Shown here piece after piece: positions 18,966 through 29,637 of a DNA stretch of 64,000 nt. The stretch lies in assembly GCA_016706865.1 (NCBI GenBank), contig JADJIS010000002.1:484419-548418 (forward strand), read 5' to 3'. The DNA comes from Bacteroidota bacterium. GTDB lineage: Bacteria; Bacteroidota; Bacteroidia; Chitinophagales; BACL12. Position 1 is the first letter of the stretch; each line of letters starts with the position of its first letter. Both the position numbers and the translations under genes were made by a program. The notes beneath the pieces are model-generated. The model did not search any database. It had not been told where the DNA came from and saw only the letters and a program-made list of their open reading frames with translations.

Positions 18966-19361
18966 TTAGGTTATATTTATGAAACAAATCTCTACTGCAT
19001 CCCAATATTTTTTACGCATCCAATAACGAAAATAGTTGCGCATTTTACAATTCAACCGATATAACTTATTCTTTCTTTTGTAATAAGATTTTTCACAGCA
19101 GGATAATAACCAATTTTCCTCAAAGCCATCCCAAACACCAGCAGGACTTAATAAATTAGCTTGTAATACAGGAAATACTTCGTACAGATCAATTTGTTTT
19201 AGAATTTTTAGGTCTAAATTGGAACTTTTAAGAATGGATGTTATACGACTAATATCTGATTCTGATAATTCCGTATCGAGGTAAAACTCAGAAATAGCTA
19301 TCCAAATATGTTTTCTGGTTTCAATTTCAGATGTATGGGTCTCTATTTTTACCGTTTCCAT
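18966..19361 (-). CDS. hypothetical protein
   Basis: 131 aa. The ORF abuts the downstream dehydrogenase gene with a 4-nt gap. No motif recognised. Confidence 0.5.
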   Translation of the reverse strand: METVKIETHTSEIETRKHIWIAISEFYLDTELSESDISRITSILKSSNLDLKILKQIDLYEVFPVLQANLLSPAGVWDGFEENWLLSCCEKSYYKRKNKLYRLNCKMRNYFRYWMRKKYWDAVEICFINIT

Positions 19362-19365
19362 CTCC

Positions 19366-20325
19366 TTAAAAAATCGTGATTACGACATTCCCAACCTTCT
19401 CTCCACTCTCCACATATTTTGTTGCTTCTACAATTTTTTCAAGTGGATATTTTCTGTCAATTATCGCTCTAAAGTTTCCTCCTTCTATTAATTCCTTAAA
19501 AAATAAAATGTCCTTTTTATTATCGGTTGGAATAGGAAATTTTACCTTCTTATTTCTGAACGAATTAAAAAGTGGTAAAAAAACATTTTGTGCCCAATCT
19601 CCGAGTTCCGTGGAATAATATACTCCATTAGGCTTGAGAATATTTTTACATTTTCCGAAGGAACTTTTTCCAACGGCATCTAAAACAGTATCATAGGTGT
19701 CATCCGTTTTTGTAAAATCTTCTTTGGTATAATCAATTAATTTATTTGCACCCAATGATCTGATCAATTCAAAATGTTCTGCACGACATACTGCTGTAAT
19801 CTCTGCACCATAATATTTGGCAAGTTGAACCGCAGCAGAGCCTATAGATCCGGATGCACCATTAATAAGTATTTTGGGGGTTGATTTGAAATCTATTTTT
19901 CGGATATAATTTATTGCTAGCATTAAACCATCACAAATTGCAGCAGCTTCTTCAAACGACATATTTTCCGGTTTAAGCGCAATTGATCTATGCTCCGGAA
20001 TACAAACGTATTCTGCATGTGTGCCGAATTTAAAGGTATTTAATCCAAAAACAGAATCTCCGACCTTAAATAATGTTACATTTTTTCCTATTGCTTCTAC
20101 CGTTCCGGCAAATTCAGTTCCAAGAATATTAATTTTTGGTTTGAATACACCGCTGAAAAATCGCACAAAAAAATATTCCGGTTGCCGAAAACCACAATCT
20201 GTCCGGTTAACGGTGGTAGCATGAATTTTAATTAATACTTCATCGTCTTTAGGAATTGGTTTGTTTACTTCCACAATTTGAAGAACTTCTGGAGGACCGT
20301 ATTTTGTATGAAAACTTGCTTTCAA
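19366..20325 (-). CDS. NAD(P)-dependent medium-chain dehydrogenase/reductase (quinone oxidoreductase-like)
   Basis: GroES-like N-terminal domain, Rossmann motif INGASGSIGSAAVQLAK, and C-terminal GKVV-type ending (GNVVITIF). Confidence 0.85.
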   Translation of the reverse strand: MKASFHTKYGPPEVLQIVEVNKPIPKDDEVLIKIHATTVNRTDCGFRQPEYFFVRFFSGVFKPKINILGTEFAGTVEAIGKNVTLFKVGDSVFGLNTFKFGTHAEYVCIPEHRSIALKPENMSFEEAAAICDGLMLAINYIRKIDFKSTPKILINGASGSIGSAAVQLAKYYGAEITAVCRAEHFELIRSLGANKLIDYTKEDFTKTDDTYDTVLDAVGKSSFGKCKNILKPNGVYYSTELGDWAQNVFLPLFNSFRNKKVKFPIPTDNKKDILFFKELIEGGNFRAIIDRKYPLEKIVEATKYVESGEKVGNVVITIF

Positions 20326-20384
20326 TTTATTGGATTTTTAGGATGAAATTAGAATGCGTGATATAAATTAAATCTGAATAAATA

Positions 20385-20996
20385 TTAATTACTATCCCAA
20401 ATTGTTATTATGTTTTCGCTGGTTAAACTTTTAAAAACATAAAATACGGTATCATATTCACTGCTCTCCTCGTAATTATTAATTTCATCTTGCGGTAAAA
20501 CTTCATCCCATAAATATTCTACATCGGAATCTTCCTTAAGATCCTTATAAATGGAACCTTTGAATAACAGTTCGCCTGACGATTTAATGGCTAATTTATT
20601 GTATAAGGATTTTGAACCATACCCAATAAATTTACAATAATCGCCATTGGAAACCGGCCATAACCAATCCTGCCAGGTTATTAGGTGCGGAGTTTCTTTT
20701 TCTAATTCTTTGGTCTTTTTTTCTGCAATGGAATCAATTTCCTGAGCTGATAATTCAGGTTGGAGGGATTTTAGTTGCAGTTTGAGTTCTTCTATATCGC
20801 CTGAACAGGAAAATATATCCAGCGTATTTAGTTTACCGCCTTTTAAACATTCGGGGCAAATATTCTCAAAACTATCTTCGCCGAAAAAGGAACTTCCATC
20901 GAAACACTTCTTTTCCTTGTTACAGAAATCACACGTAATTAATTCATCACTAAGTCCGATAATTTCTTCCGGATCTTCAAAATATTTAAATGCCAT
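20385..20996 (-). CDS. CbrC-like family protein
   Basis: N-terminus FKYFEDPE...CDFC...CPECLKGG (a two-CxxC arrangement) resembles the CbrC/UCP037205 family. Recognised by pattern only. Confidence 0.5.
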   Translation of the reverse strand: MAFKYFEDPEEIIGLSDELITCDFCNKEKKCFDGSSFFGEDSFENICPECLKGGKLNTLDIFSCSGDIEELKLQLKSLQPELSAQEIDSIAEKKTKELEKETPHLITWQDWLWPVSNGDYCKFIGYGSKSLYNKLAIKSSGELLFKGSIYKDLKEDSDVEYLWDEVLPQDEINNYEESSEYDTVFYVFKSLTSENIITIWDSN

Positions 20997-21010
20997 ATCG
21001 TAAGGTTTAA

Positions 21011-21682
21011 TTATTTCTCAAGTTTGAGGATATTCTGAAGATTTGATTTTATTCTGAGTTCCTCCTTTTCAAGATAGGATTCAGAAAATGGGGCTCCGCA
21101 ATCTTCACTATTTATTTGGTGAATTAATTTCTCTTTTTCAAAATAACTTCTGTTTTCTGAATATATGGATTTTTCCACATCAAAAACCTCTGTATCATTT
21201 AACTCAATCATTGTTAAAGAATCATAATATAAAGGACGATTGTATTTGCACGATCTTTCCACTACAAAGGATAGTGCTTCATTAAGAAAATAATATTCGT
21301 ACAATTCCTGATAGGTTTCACCATAATTTCGATTTATTATTTTTTCTAATACATTATGGGTGTAATAAAAAACCACTTCTCCTCCCTCAGTACTTTCAAA
21401 AATATCTTTAGATACTACAGAGGTCCATGCCTCAATTGAATTTATTTTCTTATAATTTGAACGGATAGGGGATAATGTTTCGAGTAAATATTCATTTATT
21501 ACCATATCTACTTCATTATTCGACTCTGTTAGTTTTCTGATTGCCGTAAAACAAGTATCAGAAATTGTATTACTTCCTTCATAGATTTGTGGTTCTGCAA
21601 ATTTGGTAGTGTAAGTATTATTGTGACCAGCAATATCCACAAAAGTTGCAACTACAATTGAAATGATTATTGGATTAAACAT
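21011..21682 (-). CDS. hypothetical protein with N-terminal hydrophobic anchor
   Basis: 223 aa. Sits 14 nt downstream of the CbrC-like gene on the same strand. Confidence 0.5.
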   Translation of the reverse strand: MFNPIIISIVVATFVDIAGHNNTYTTKFAEPQIYEGSNTISDTCFTAIRKLTESNNEVDMVINEYLLETLSPIRSNYKKINSIEAWTSVVSKDIFESTEGGEVVFYYTHNVLEKIINRNYGETYQELYEYYFLNEALSFVVERSCKYNRPLYYDSLTMIELNDTEVFDVEKSIYSENRSYFEKEKLIHQINSEDCGAPFSESYLEKEELRIKSNLQNILKLEK

Positions 21683-21757
21683 GGCGAGTAGTTTAAGGTT
21701 TAAAAGTGTGGTAAAACTTATGTAGCATACGAAGGTATATAAAACATCTTAATTGTT

Positions 21758-23356
21758 CTAAACTGATTTGCCCCGCACCTTGTATTCTTCCATATCGATC
21801 AGGAATTGATATTTCCGGATAATGTCTTCATCGTATTCCGAATGCTGATTGATATCATTCAATAATTTGCGTTGTTGATCCAACAGATCGAGATATATCT
21901 TATTAAACTCCTTTCTTACATTTTGATTGGTATCGCCTGTTTCATCCAATTCGCGATTGAAAAAAACCATTTCTGTTTTAAGTTTGGCTTGCAGGTTGGA
22001 TAAATGTTCGTTTTGAAATCCTTGTTTGTTTAATATTTTTTCTATTTGATTTATAGAATATTGTGTTATTTTTTTCTGAAGAATTTTTTCCTGGTCAAGT
22101 TCAGAATTGGCCTGATCGCTCTTCACACTTAATTTTCTTATTAACCAGGGTAATGTTAAACCTTGTAAAACAAGTGTTACCAGAATTACTACAAATGTTA
22201 TAAATAGAATGAGATTTCTATGAGGAAATGCTTCTCCATCACTCAAAAGCAATGGAATTGATAATGCTGCAGCTAAAGAAACAACTCCCCGAATACCTGC
22301 CCAACCAAATACCAATGGCATTCTCCATCCGGGATTTGATTCTGCAACTGTAATAAAACGACTTATAAATATTGTAAAGGCTGATGATCCTAAAGTAGTG
22401 GCTATTCGGGTAATTATCAATACAAATGATATAATTAATCCATACCAAATTGCCGTCATCAAACTTACATCACCCAATTGTTGAACTATTGATGGCAATT
22501 GTAGTCCAATAAGTAAAAACACAAATCCATTTAAAACGAATACAATACTGTTCCAAACATTTACTCCTTGTATTCGGCTCATATAATTGAGCATGCTCAA
22601 TCGTTTACTGGATAAAAATAATCCACCGCTAACAACAGCCAGCACTCCAGAAAAATGAAAATGTTCCGCCGAATAATACATGCAGTAGGGTGTTACAATT
22701 GTGAGCACAATTTCTATACTTGCAGTAACCGGCAACCAGCGATGAATGCAATAAAATATAAAACCTACCAGAAGACCAATTGCAATGCCCATCAACACAA
22801 CAATAAAAAAACTGAAGGATGCTTCCTTCAAATCAAATTGACCTGTGATAATTGCAGCCAATGCAAAACGAAAAACAATGAGCGATGATGCATCATTAAG
22901 TAAACTTTCACCTTCGGCAATGCTTAATAATGTTTTTGGCGCTTTCGCCTGACGCATTATTGTTGTTGCAGCTATTGCATCCGGAGGCGAAACTATTCCT
23001 CCCAATAAAAAACCCAGCGCCAATGTAAATCCCGGAATAATAGCATTCGATACCACTGCTACCACACAAGAGGTAATTATTACAATTGGAAAGGCAAAAC
23101 TTGAAATTACACGTCTGAATTTCCAAAATTCTTTCCAGGATATTTGCCAGGAAGCTTCATATAATAAAGGAGGCAGAAAAATAAAGAAAACCAGCTCAGG
23201 ACTAATAGTAATATCGCTGAAAATCGGTATAAAACTGACTGCCAGGCCTCCAACTACCAATAATATGGGAGAGGCTATATTGAGTTTATTAGCCAGCATT
23301 ACTAAACCCAAAATGATCAGGATCAGATATACATATTCTATAAATTCGCTTTGCAT
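21758..23356 (-). CDS. Na+/H+ antiporter (CPA1/NhaP type)
   Basis: 532 aa with about 11-12 TM segments, a GESLLNDA motif and a C-terminal soluble helical tail. Confidence 0.9.
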   Translation of the reverse strand: MQSEFIEYVYLILIILGLVMLANKLNIASPILLVVGGLAVSFIPIFSDITISPELVFFIFLPPLLYEASWQISWKEFWKFRRVISSFAFPIVIITSCVVAVVSNAIIPGFTLALGFLLGGIVSPPDAIAATTIMRQAKAPKTLLSIAEGESLLNDASSLIVFRFALAAIITGQFDLKEASFSFFIVVLMGIAIGLLVGFIFYCIHRWLPVTASIEIVLTIVTPYCMYYSAEHFHFSGVLAVVSGGLFLSSKRLSMLNYMSRIQGVNVWNSIVFVLNGFVFLLIGLQLPSIVQQLGDVSLMTAIWYGLIISFVLIITRIATTLGSSAFTIFISRFITVAESNPGWRMPLVFGWAGIRGVVSLAAALSIPLLLSDGEAFPHRNLILFITFVVILVTLVLQGLTLPWLIRKLSVKSDQANSELDQEKILQKKITQYSINQIEKILNKQGFQNEHLSNLQAKLKTEMVFFNRELDETGDTNQNVRKEFNKIYLDLLDQQRKLLNDINQHSEYDEDIIRKYQFLIDMEEYKVRGKSV

Positions 23357-23434
23357 ATTATTACAAAGAAAATGAATAATACGTAAAATTTACTTGTACA
23401 TGAAAATTATTGTTCAGGTGTGAAACCTAAACTG

Positions 23435-23968
23435 TTACCATCCTTTATTTTTTTTCAAAGTTGTTACATGCGCAAGATGGTGATCACAATGCCAGGCATA
23501 TAGTGCAGTTGCTACAGCTAATGTAAATTGTTTTCCATTTTGAGGATTAACAAATGCTCTTAGAAAATCGGATTCCGACATATTATTTAATAATACCACC
23601 CATCTTTCGTGTATACCTTCCAACATCTTAAACGCGGGAGCAATTGGAATTGAAGTACTATCCGCTAATTTAGCCCACTCCGCTTCGAGATAGGGTTTAA
23701 CTATCGGATTATCTTCCGTTAAAGCAAGTTTAAACCTTATAAGGCTGTTTGCATGACTATCAGCACAATGATTAATTAACTGCCTGATGGTCCATCCTTC
23801 AGGTCGGTATTCCGTATTTAACTGATCATCGTTTAGATAAGATACTTCTTGTTTGAGTTTTTCAGGAAATAAGGAAATAGTATTGATATATTGATTTAAT
23901 AACTCTGATGTAATTATTTCGGGTCTTTTAAATTTTCCGACCGGGTATTTTAATATTTCATCTATCAT
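23435..23968 (-). CDS. DinB/YfiT-family metal-dependent hydrolase or thiol transferase
   Basis: The pattern YPVGKF...W.IRQLINHCADSH.N...R and a C-terminal HCDHHLAH form the DinB_2 His triad. Confidence 0.85.
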   Translation of the reverse strand: MIDEILKYPVGKFKRPEIITSELLNQYINTISLFPEKLKQEVSYLNDDQLNTEYRPEGWTIRQLINHCADSHANSLIRFKLALTEDNPIVKPYLEAEWAKLADSTSIPIAPAFKMLEGIHERWVVLLNNMSESDFLRAFVNPQNGKQFTLAVATALYAWHCDHHLAHVTTLKKNKGW

Positions 23969-23979
23969 TTGATAATTAT

Positions 23980-24438
23980 TTATTGTTTTATTAAATATTT
24001 TTTAAAACACAGGCTGTTTTCAATATTAGCATATTGCCCGTAATTCGGAATTTTGAAATAATTATTTTTTTCGTACAAACGTATGGCTTCTGGTTGCTTT
24101 ATTCCTGTTTCTAAGATACAAGTTTGGTGGTTGAGTTCCAGACTCCAGTTTTCTAAAGCGGTTAATATCAAAGATGCAATACCCTTACCTCGGTATTGAG
24201 GAAGCACGAACATTCTTTTAATTTCCATGGTATCGGAAGAAAATTCTTTGATAGCTCCACAACCCACTGCGGTTGATGATTCGTAAGCAACAATTACATG
24301 TTGAAGGGAATTAATTTTATTGAATTGATGATAAAATGCATGATCGTCTCCATCTCGAATTGCTAAATCAATATCAAGTTCCTTCACCAGATTTTGAAAG
24401 TCTTTATTATCGGAATTGCAACGGATAAGGTTATTCAT
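23980..24438 (-). CDS. GNAT family N-acetyltransferase
   Basis: MFVLPQYRGKGIASLIL is the acetyl-CoA-binding R/QxxGxG/A motif. Confidence 0.85.
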   Translation of the reverse strand: MNNLIRCNSDNKDFQNLVKELDIDLAIRDGDDHAFYHQFNKINSLQHVIVAYESSTAVGCGAIKEFSSDTMEIKRMFVLPQYRGKGIASLILTALENWSLELNHQTCILETGIKQPEAIRLYEKNNYFKIPNYGQYANIENSLCFKKYLIKQ

Positions 24439-24469
24439 AATGAAAGAAGCATCATCAGAAAAATTTATT

Positions 24470-24817
24470 TTATTTAGGTGTCATTATGTAACCTGTAAGT
24501 TGCTTTATTTTATCACCCTCAAAATGGAACACATCACAAAACATAGCATCCATCATTGGACCGTTTTTTACTTTAAATTTTACATTTCCCTCTGCTACAA
24601 CTATATTCCCTTCTTCCACCATCCTGATTAATGTAATGGTGGGTCTTCCTTCAAAGGCTTCGTTTTCAATTTCCTTGTCGAATGCTTCTTTCCCAACATG
24701 AGAAAATAATCCGTGCATTTCCCAAATAACATTGTCAGTAAGACAGGATAAAATTTTAGCGTGGTCACCTTCGTTGAAACCTTCCATGTAGGTTTTTATA
24801 ACTTTTTTGTTGCTCAT
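24470..24817 (-). CDS. SnoaL/NTF2-like fold protein
   Basis: 115 aa. The pattern VIKTYMEGFNEGDHAKILSCLTDNVIWEM is typical of SnoaL-like proteins. Confidence 0.7.
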   Translation of the reverse strand: MSNKKVIKTYMEGFNEGDHAKILSCLTDNVIWEMHGLFSHVGKEAFDKEIENEAFEGRPTITLIRMVEEGNIVVAEGNVKFKVKNGPMMDAMFCDVFHFEGDKIKQLTGYIMTPK

Positions 24818-24832
24818 AGTTATATTTTTATG

Positions 24833-25192
24833 TTACATTATGCTCTGACCAAATGTAAGTAAGTTATTGTCCGGATCGAGCATAGAAAATTCCCTCTGCA
24901 TCCAGTGTTTCATTTCTAAATGACCGGCTTCAGGCATATTAATGTTTTTATCCAAAGCTAACTGATACCAATTTTCAATATCATCAGTACGAATATAAAC
25001 CTGACCATAATTTTCTGCCGGATCAAGTTCCTTAAATTCGAAAAAATGAATTTGGATATTATCTTTTTCTACCATTAGATACCCATCAAAATCAGCACTG
25101 CCAAATTCTTGAAAGCCTAATTTGTTTAAATAGAAATCCCTGGTTGTTGCCTTATCGCGCATTGGGAGTTTTGGGTTGATAGATGTTAACAT
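24833..25192 (-). CDS. VOC (glyoxalase/bleomycin-resistance) family protein
   Basis: 119 aa. The pattern PMRDKATTRDFYLNKLGF...FxxxDPDNNLLTF is typical of this family. Confidence 0.8.
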   Translation of the reverse strand: MLTSINPKLPMRDKATTRDFYLNKLGFQEFGSADFDGYLMVEKDNIQIHFFEFKELDPAENYGQVYIRTDDIENWYQLALDKNINMPEAGHLEMKHWMQREFSMLDPDNNLLTFGQSIM

Positions 25193-25293
25193 ATAAAAAT
25201 CAATTTTAGCTTATTTAAAGCCAAAAATAAGGGATTATTATTAAAGTCTAAATACGGAGTTTAATTGTCTTGATTTGAAAAGACGAGTGATTT

Positions 25294-26292
25294 TTATTCC
25301 GCACCAGGTTGAAAGTCTATAAATATCATTTCTCCATCCTTCAATTCATAAATTGTGCAATCGCTGCGTTCAGAACTTTGACTTTTTTGCCGGCAAACTC
25401 TCCTTTTTGTAACTATAATATTTCCATCCATATATTCGTAAGTATCAAATTGTTGTGTCAGATCATCTATTCTGATGCTCCGGCTACCAATAAATTTGTT
25501 TGTTTCCCAATCAAAATATGCATTTTGCATTGAACTCAATAAAGTGTCTATTTGATACGCATTGGAAAGTTTGTCGAAAAGATAATAATTCCATTCAATA
25601 TCATACTCGGTCGACTGAATTCGAAAATCTTCCTTACCATCAAAATTATAATCTCCAAACTCCTTTTTCAGGATTGGAATAATGGGCCCTTTGTTTGGAT
25701 TTTCTATATTTTTCAAATATCCCCGTTTATTTAAGAAAAGGTATTCATTTGCAATGAATGGTTTATAGAGCGTTTGTTGAAACCTGATAAGAGTATCAAA
25801 ATACACACCTTTTAATGTATAGGTGGTTTCATAATAACCATCATAAAATTTTCCTACTAATTGATTTTTATTTTCATCACGGGTAAAATCTTTTATGCTG
25901 CTCAATAAGTTTTCCTGATAAAATACTATTCTCTCTTCCTCATTTTTTGCTGACAATATATAGGTGTAAGTTTGATTAAGGTGAGTAAATTTTACATCAG
26001 CAATACCATCAAAATTGATCTGGACCAATTCAAAACTGTCCCGTTGCGTATGGGTTTCATTTAATGCATTTCCATAAATAATTTCTTCATAAATCAAATC
26101 GTTGTTGCGCTGATCATATATACGAAGCTTCTTGGCATAACTCCCCTTTTCCTGCGGAATCGGAATATCGCCAATGTCAAAAGTAAGTTCATATTTGAAG
26201 CCCGAAACTGTATTGGTGATTTGTTGGGCCTGTAATAATTTGGATCCGGCAAAAAGAATAATCCCGAAGAGTAAAGTTAATTTAATGGTCAT
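25294..26292 (-). CDS. secreted hypothetical protein
   Basis: Signal peptide MTIKLTLLFGIILFAGSKLLQAQ. 332 aa. Confidence 0.6.
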   Translation of the reverse strand: MTIKLTLLFGIILFAGSKLLQAQQITNTVSGFKYELTFDIGDIPIPQEKGSYAKKLRIYDQRNNDLIYEEIIYGNALNETHTQRDSFELVQINFDGIADVKFTHLNQTYTYILSAKNEEERIVFYQENLLSSIKDFTRDENKNQLVGKFYDGYYETTYTLKGVYFDTLIRFQQTLYKPFIANEYLFLNKRGYLKNIENPNKGPIIPILKKEFGDYNFDGKEDFRIQSTEYDIEWNYYLFDKLSNAYQIDTLLSSMQNAYFDWETNKFIGSRSIRIDDLTQQFDTYEYMDGNIIVTKRRVCRQKSQSSERSDCTIYELKDGEMIFIDFQPGAE

Positions 26293-26370
26293 CCCGTTTT
26301 GTTTGTTATTTTGAGATGCCTGAATAGTAGCAATTGCATATTATCAACAAAAAAAAGGTATCAATTTTTA

Positions 26371-26604
26371 TTATCTTGTTGAATTTCCGCTTTTTGTGAT
26401 TTTGTTCAAAGAAATTATGCAGATCAAGACATTTATGATCAAAGTAGTAATGTTAAATATTCTGGCAAAAGGAGGTGCCCCTGCAGGCCAAATTTGTCCT
26501 AATAATACAATGGAGTTGATTATTAACAAAAAAAACAAAATGGATTTATTCGAAATGTTCATAATTGTATTTATTAGTTTATTGGTAAAAATAATGAATC
26601 TCAC
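26371..26604 (-). CDS. small two-TM membrane protein (uncertain)
   Basis: 77 aa with two hydrophobic helices. A 70-aa ORF on the opposite strand covers the same DNA, so the call is tentative. Confidence 0.35.
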   Translation of the reverse strand: MRFIIFTNKLINTIMNISNKSILFFLLIINSIVLLGQIWPAGAPPFARIFNITTLIINVLICIISLNKITKSGNSTR

Positions 26605-26654
26605 TTAATTACACCAGTTGAACAATATAAATTGCTTCTAGTGATTAATTATAT

Positions 26655-27440
26655 TCAGTATTGCCTTCCTGTTCTACTAGGTTCATTCAGATCTATCCAA
26701 TATATATGAATAGGTTCTGAATCTTCCAGTTGCCCGTTTTGGTTTTCATCCAATTTGGCAAACACATACATAAAATCATTTTCCGGATCGTATTCCGATT
26801 TTAATACAGAATAATTTTCCGGGAGCAGGGGATTTAACCTGTCTCCATTTATATCGAACAAATACAACCTTCTGAGATCTTTTAAATTGATAAATCCATC
26901 TTTATTAGTATCATCATTATAAACCGATACCATAAAATAATTTCTGCTTATTGGCTTGAAGTTTAATGTATCTTTAGAATAAGCAGGATAATACAGAGTT
27001 TTTATTAATACAGGTTTCTCAAAAAAGTTTTTTTGTTTGGTTGTTGTTATATCATAAAGGGAAATGTTTACCATATTGTAACCATAAACCGCTTCGATTC
27101 CAGGCATGAAATTGTAATTCCATTCATTACCTTCTGTATTCTCATGATCAGTATAATTTCCGTAAAAACTATTTGAACCAATAAAGGTGGAGTTTTTGTC
27201 TTTATTGAAATTTACTTTGTAAATGGTAGTCAAACGAATATTGGGTGCCGTAGTTAATAAGACATTGCTTGGCCTTGTTTCAAATTTTAGAGAGTCCTGG
27301 TTTATCCACGTTCCCCTGTCTTCTTCCGTAGCTTCAGATGTTGGACCAACCTGAAATCCCTTTTCTTCTAAACGTTCTTCTTTGCAAGAGAATAAACAAG
27401 CAATACCTATGATAATTAAAATGAAATGTATGTTTTTCAT
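26655..27440 (-). CDS. lipoprotein, unknown function (EF-hand-like Asp-rich loops)
   Basis: Lipobox LFSC. Contains DTNKDGFINLKD and DENQNGQLED calcium-loop-like segments. Confidence 0.6.
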   Translation of the reverse strand: MKNIHFILIIIGIACLFSCKEERLEEKGFQVGPTSEATEEDRGTWINQDSLKFETRPSNVLLTTAPNIRLTTIYKVNFNKDKNSTFIGSNSFYGNYTDHENTEGNEWNYNFMPGIEAVYGYNMVNISLYDITTTKQKNFFEKPVLIKTLYYPAYSKDTLNFKPISRNYFMVSVYNDDTNKDGFINLKDLRRLYLFDINGDRLNPLLPENYSVLKSEYDPENDFMYVFAKLDENQNGQLEDSEPIHIYWIDLNEPSRTGRQY

Positions 27441-27535
27441 AGAAATAAACTTAAGGTGAAATTATTTAAAAATGTATAATATTATTTTTGTTGAAATGGA
27501 AATCTTTGATATTCAATTCCTTGTAAAATTAACTT

Positions 27536-29188
27536 CTATTTTTCATTTATAACCTCCATCGCCTTTTCCAAAACTTCATCTTTACCTGCTCTAATTCCTT
27601 CAATTGTTGGTTTAACTTTAATATCGGGTATTATCCCTATTCTTTGGGTTTCAGTTCCATCGGGATAATATACACCGATGCCTGTCATAACAGTTTTATA
27701 ACCTCCGGGTAATGGAATATAAGATACATTTCCATCCGCACCGGAAGTTTGGCTTCCTATCCCTATAACATTCGGCGCAGTTTTTAATGCCATTAAGGTA
27801 AATTCTGCATGACTTTGTGTTGTTTCGTTAAATAATAGGACAACTTTTCCTTTGTAAGGATTTTTATTATTCCCACCACAAAAATATGGTTCAGTAAAAC
27901 GATAAGCTCCAGGAAATGAAATATCAGGATTCGAAAACATAACAAATTGTTTTTTTTCAGGAAGTAAATGATATGCGATATTATACATAGTCCCATTTGG
28001 ATAATTTCTTACATCAAATATTATTGCCTTGGTATCATCTAGCTTTTCAAAAACATTATCAACTTCGTTTTTCGTTAATTGGCCTAAATCAACATATCCA
28101 ATATTCCCATCTAAAATTTTATAGTGCTCATTTTTGGATTCATGCTGCCAATTGTAATTAAATTCGTAAAAATTATACCTCGCGATGGTCTTTTGAAGTG
28201 TTTTTCCTTCTCTTTCATATGTTACTGTAACTGAATCGGTGCTCCCGGTAAAAATTCCATAATATAACTTACGCATTTTAATTGCTTGATTGGAAGCACA
28301 TATATATTTGGATTGTTCATTTATTATTTCTTCAATGGTTCTGCCATTCACCGTTAAAAATACATCTCCATATTTAATATCATTCCTTAAGCACAAAGAG
28401 TCATTATAACAACCGGTTACTATTGCCTTGCTATCAATTATATTATATATAAATGGTGTCCACTTAATACCAAAATATTGTTGGGTGTATTTTGTAACAA
28501 ACCCGGCGTGACTATCATTAATTTTTACAGTTAATTCCAATATGGCGAGATGATATGCTACAGTATCATCAGCATATTTAAATTTGGAGATCATTTCTAC
28601 CAGTACACTATCCCAGTTTTCACCAATAACATATTTGTACGGGAAAAAATAATTTATAATATTCCAATATCTCGAGAGAGTAAGTAAACGTAATTCTGGT
28701 GATGGGAAAACAGAATCTGTATATAATTTTTCATTTTTAAAACCCGTGTTTCCAACGAATTTCGTTTGTTGCACATAATAATTTTTACCCTGGTTTCTTT
28801 TTTGCTGAATATATTGAAGTTGCTCGATCATATTATTTGAGAAAACAGAAGTATCACTCAGCCAGTTGAGTTCAAGATTGAATTTCAAACTATCGGGCAA
28901 AATATTATTACATTTTTTACAATGTTTAACTTCACCTAAACTTTTTATCCATTCAGAATAATAATTATTTAATTCCTGTTTGGTTTTTAAATTATTGATC
29001 GATTTAACTCCATTCATAAATTCGGAGTCCCAGTCAAGATTACCTTTTGCAACTTCTGGATGATAATATTTGAGAAATCCCCAAAGCTTACAGAAGGTAG
29101 AGATCTTTTCCGTTTCAGTTGGGATAGTTTTGGAAAATGAGGTAAGGGGAATTAAAAGAAAAATTGTGATGAATATCAGAGTTTTCAT
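27536..29188 (-). CDS. S41 family peptidase (tail-specific protease-like)
   Basis: Signal peptide. The C-terminal half has IIFDVRNYPNG, NETTQSHAEF (catalytic Ser context) and GSQTSGADGN. Confidence 0.7.
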   Translation of the reverse strand: MKTLIFITIFLLIPLTSFSKTIPTETEKISTFCKLWGFLKYYHPEVAKGNLDWDSEFMNGVKSINNLKTKQELNNYYSEWIKSLGEVKHCKKCNNILPDSLKFNLELNWLSDTSVFSNNMIEQLQYIQQKRNQGKNYYVQQTKFVGNTGFKNEKLYTDSVFPSPELRLLTLSRYWNIINYFFPYKYVIGENWDSVLVEMISKFKYADDTVAYHLAILELTVKINDSHAGFVTKYTQQYFGIKWTPFIYNIIDSKAIVTGCYNDSLCLRNDIKYGDVFLTVNGRTIEEIINEQSKYICASNQAIKMRKLYYGIFTGSTDSVTVTYEREGKTLQKTIARYNFYEFNYNWQHESKNEHYKILDGNIGYVDLGQLTKNEVDNVFEKLDDTKAIIFDVRNYPNGTMYNIAYHLLPEKKQFVMFSNPDISFPGAYRFTEPYFCGGNNKNPYKGKVVLLFNETTQSHAEFTLMALKTAPNVIGIGSQTSGADGNVSYIPLPGGYKTVMTGIGVYYPDGTETQRIGIIPDIKVKPTIEGIRAGKDEVLEKAMEVINEK

Positions 29189-29238
29189 ATTGTGAAAAAG
29201 TGAATTTTATAGGTAAATACTCAACAAATTTATCGTGT

Positions 29239-29634
29239 TTAAAGTACTTTATTCTTATCCTCTCTGTAAGGGATGGTTGACACCTGATGATCATCCTCAT
29301 ATACAATATAACCGGGTCTGGTTCTTTTAATTATATCAACCCGCATTTCATATCTTTCTAATATTTCTTTTAATGCATGCATCTGATTTAAATGTGCGGT
29401 TGCGCTACTTTTAAACCATGATAAAGAAACATTTGCCGGATTTTTACGTGTTGCATTTGAAAGTCTGTCCGGCTTTTTTAAATTTAGGCTAAACCATTTT
29501 ATTATTTGTTCTAAATTTTTTTTATCATATTCAAATAAAAGATCGCCAACCCTTAAAAATTCGGCGGCGCTAAACATACCGGTTTCTATTTGGTCTTTTT
29601 CATTTCTGAACTGAGTTATGAATCTAATATACAT
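29239..29634 (-). CDS. hypothetical protein
   Basis: 131 aa ORF with an ATG start. An 18-bp perfect hairpin ends 3 nt upstream of the ATG. Confidence 0.5.
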   Translation of the reverse strand: MYIRFITQFRNEKDQIETGMFSAAEFLRVGDLLFEYDKKNLEQIIKWFSLNLKKPDRLSNATRKNPANVSLSWFKSSATAHLNQMHALKEILERYEMRVDIIKRTRPGYIVYEDDHQVSTIPYREDKNKVL

Positions 29635-29637
29635 ACC

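Noticed and set aside
26396-26608. A 70-aa + strand ORF.
   Set aside because: It is fully overlapped by a minus-strand ORF that fits the strand of all neighbouring genes and encodes a cleaner two-TM protein. Neither ORF is strongly supported.
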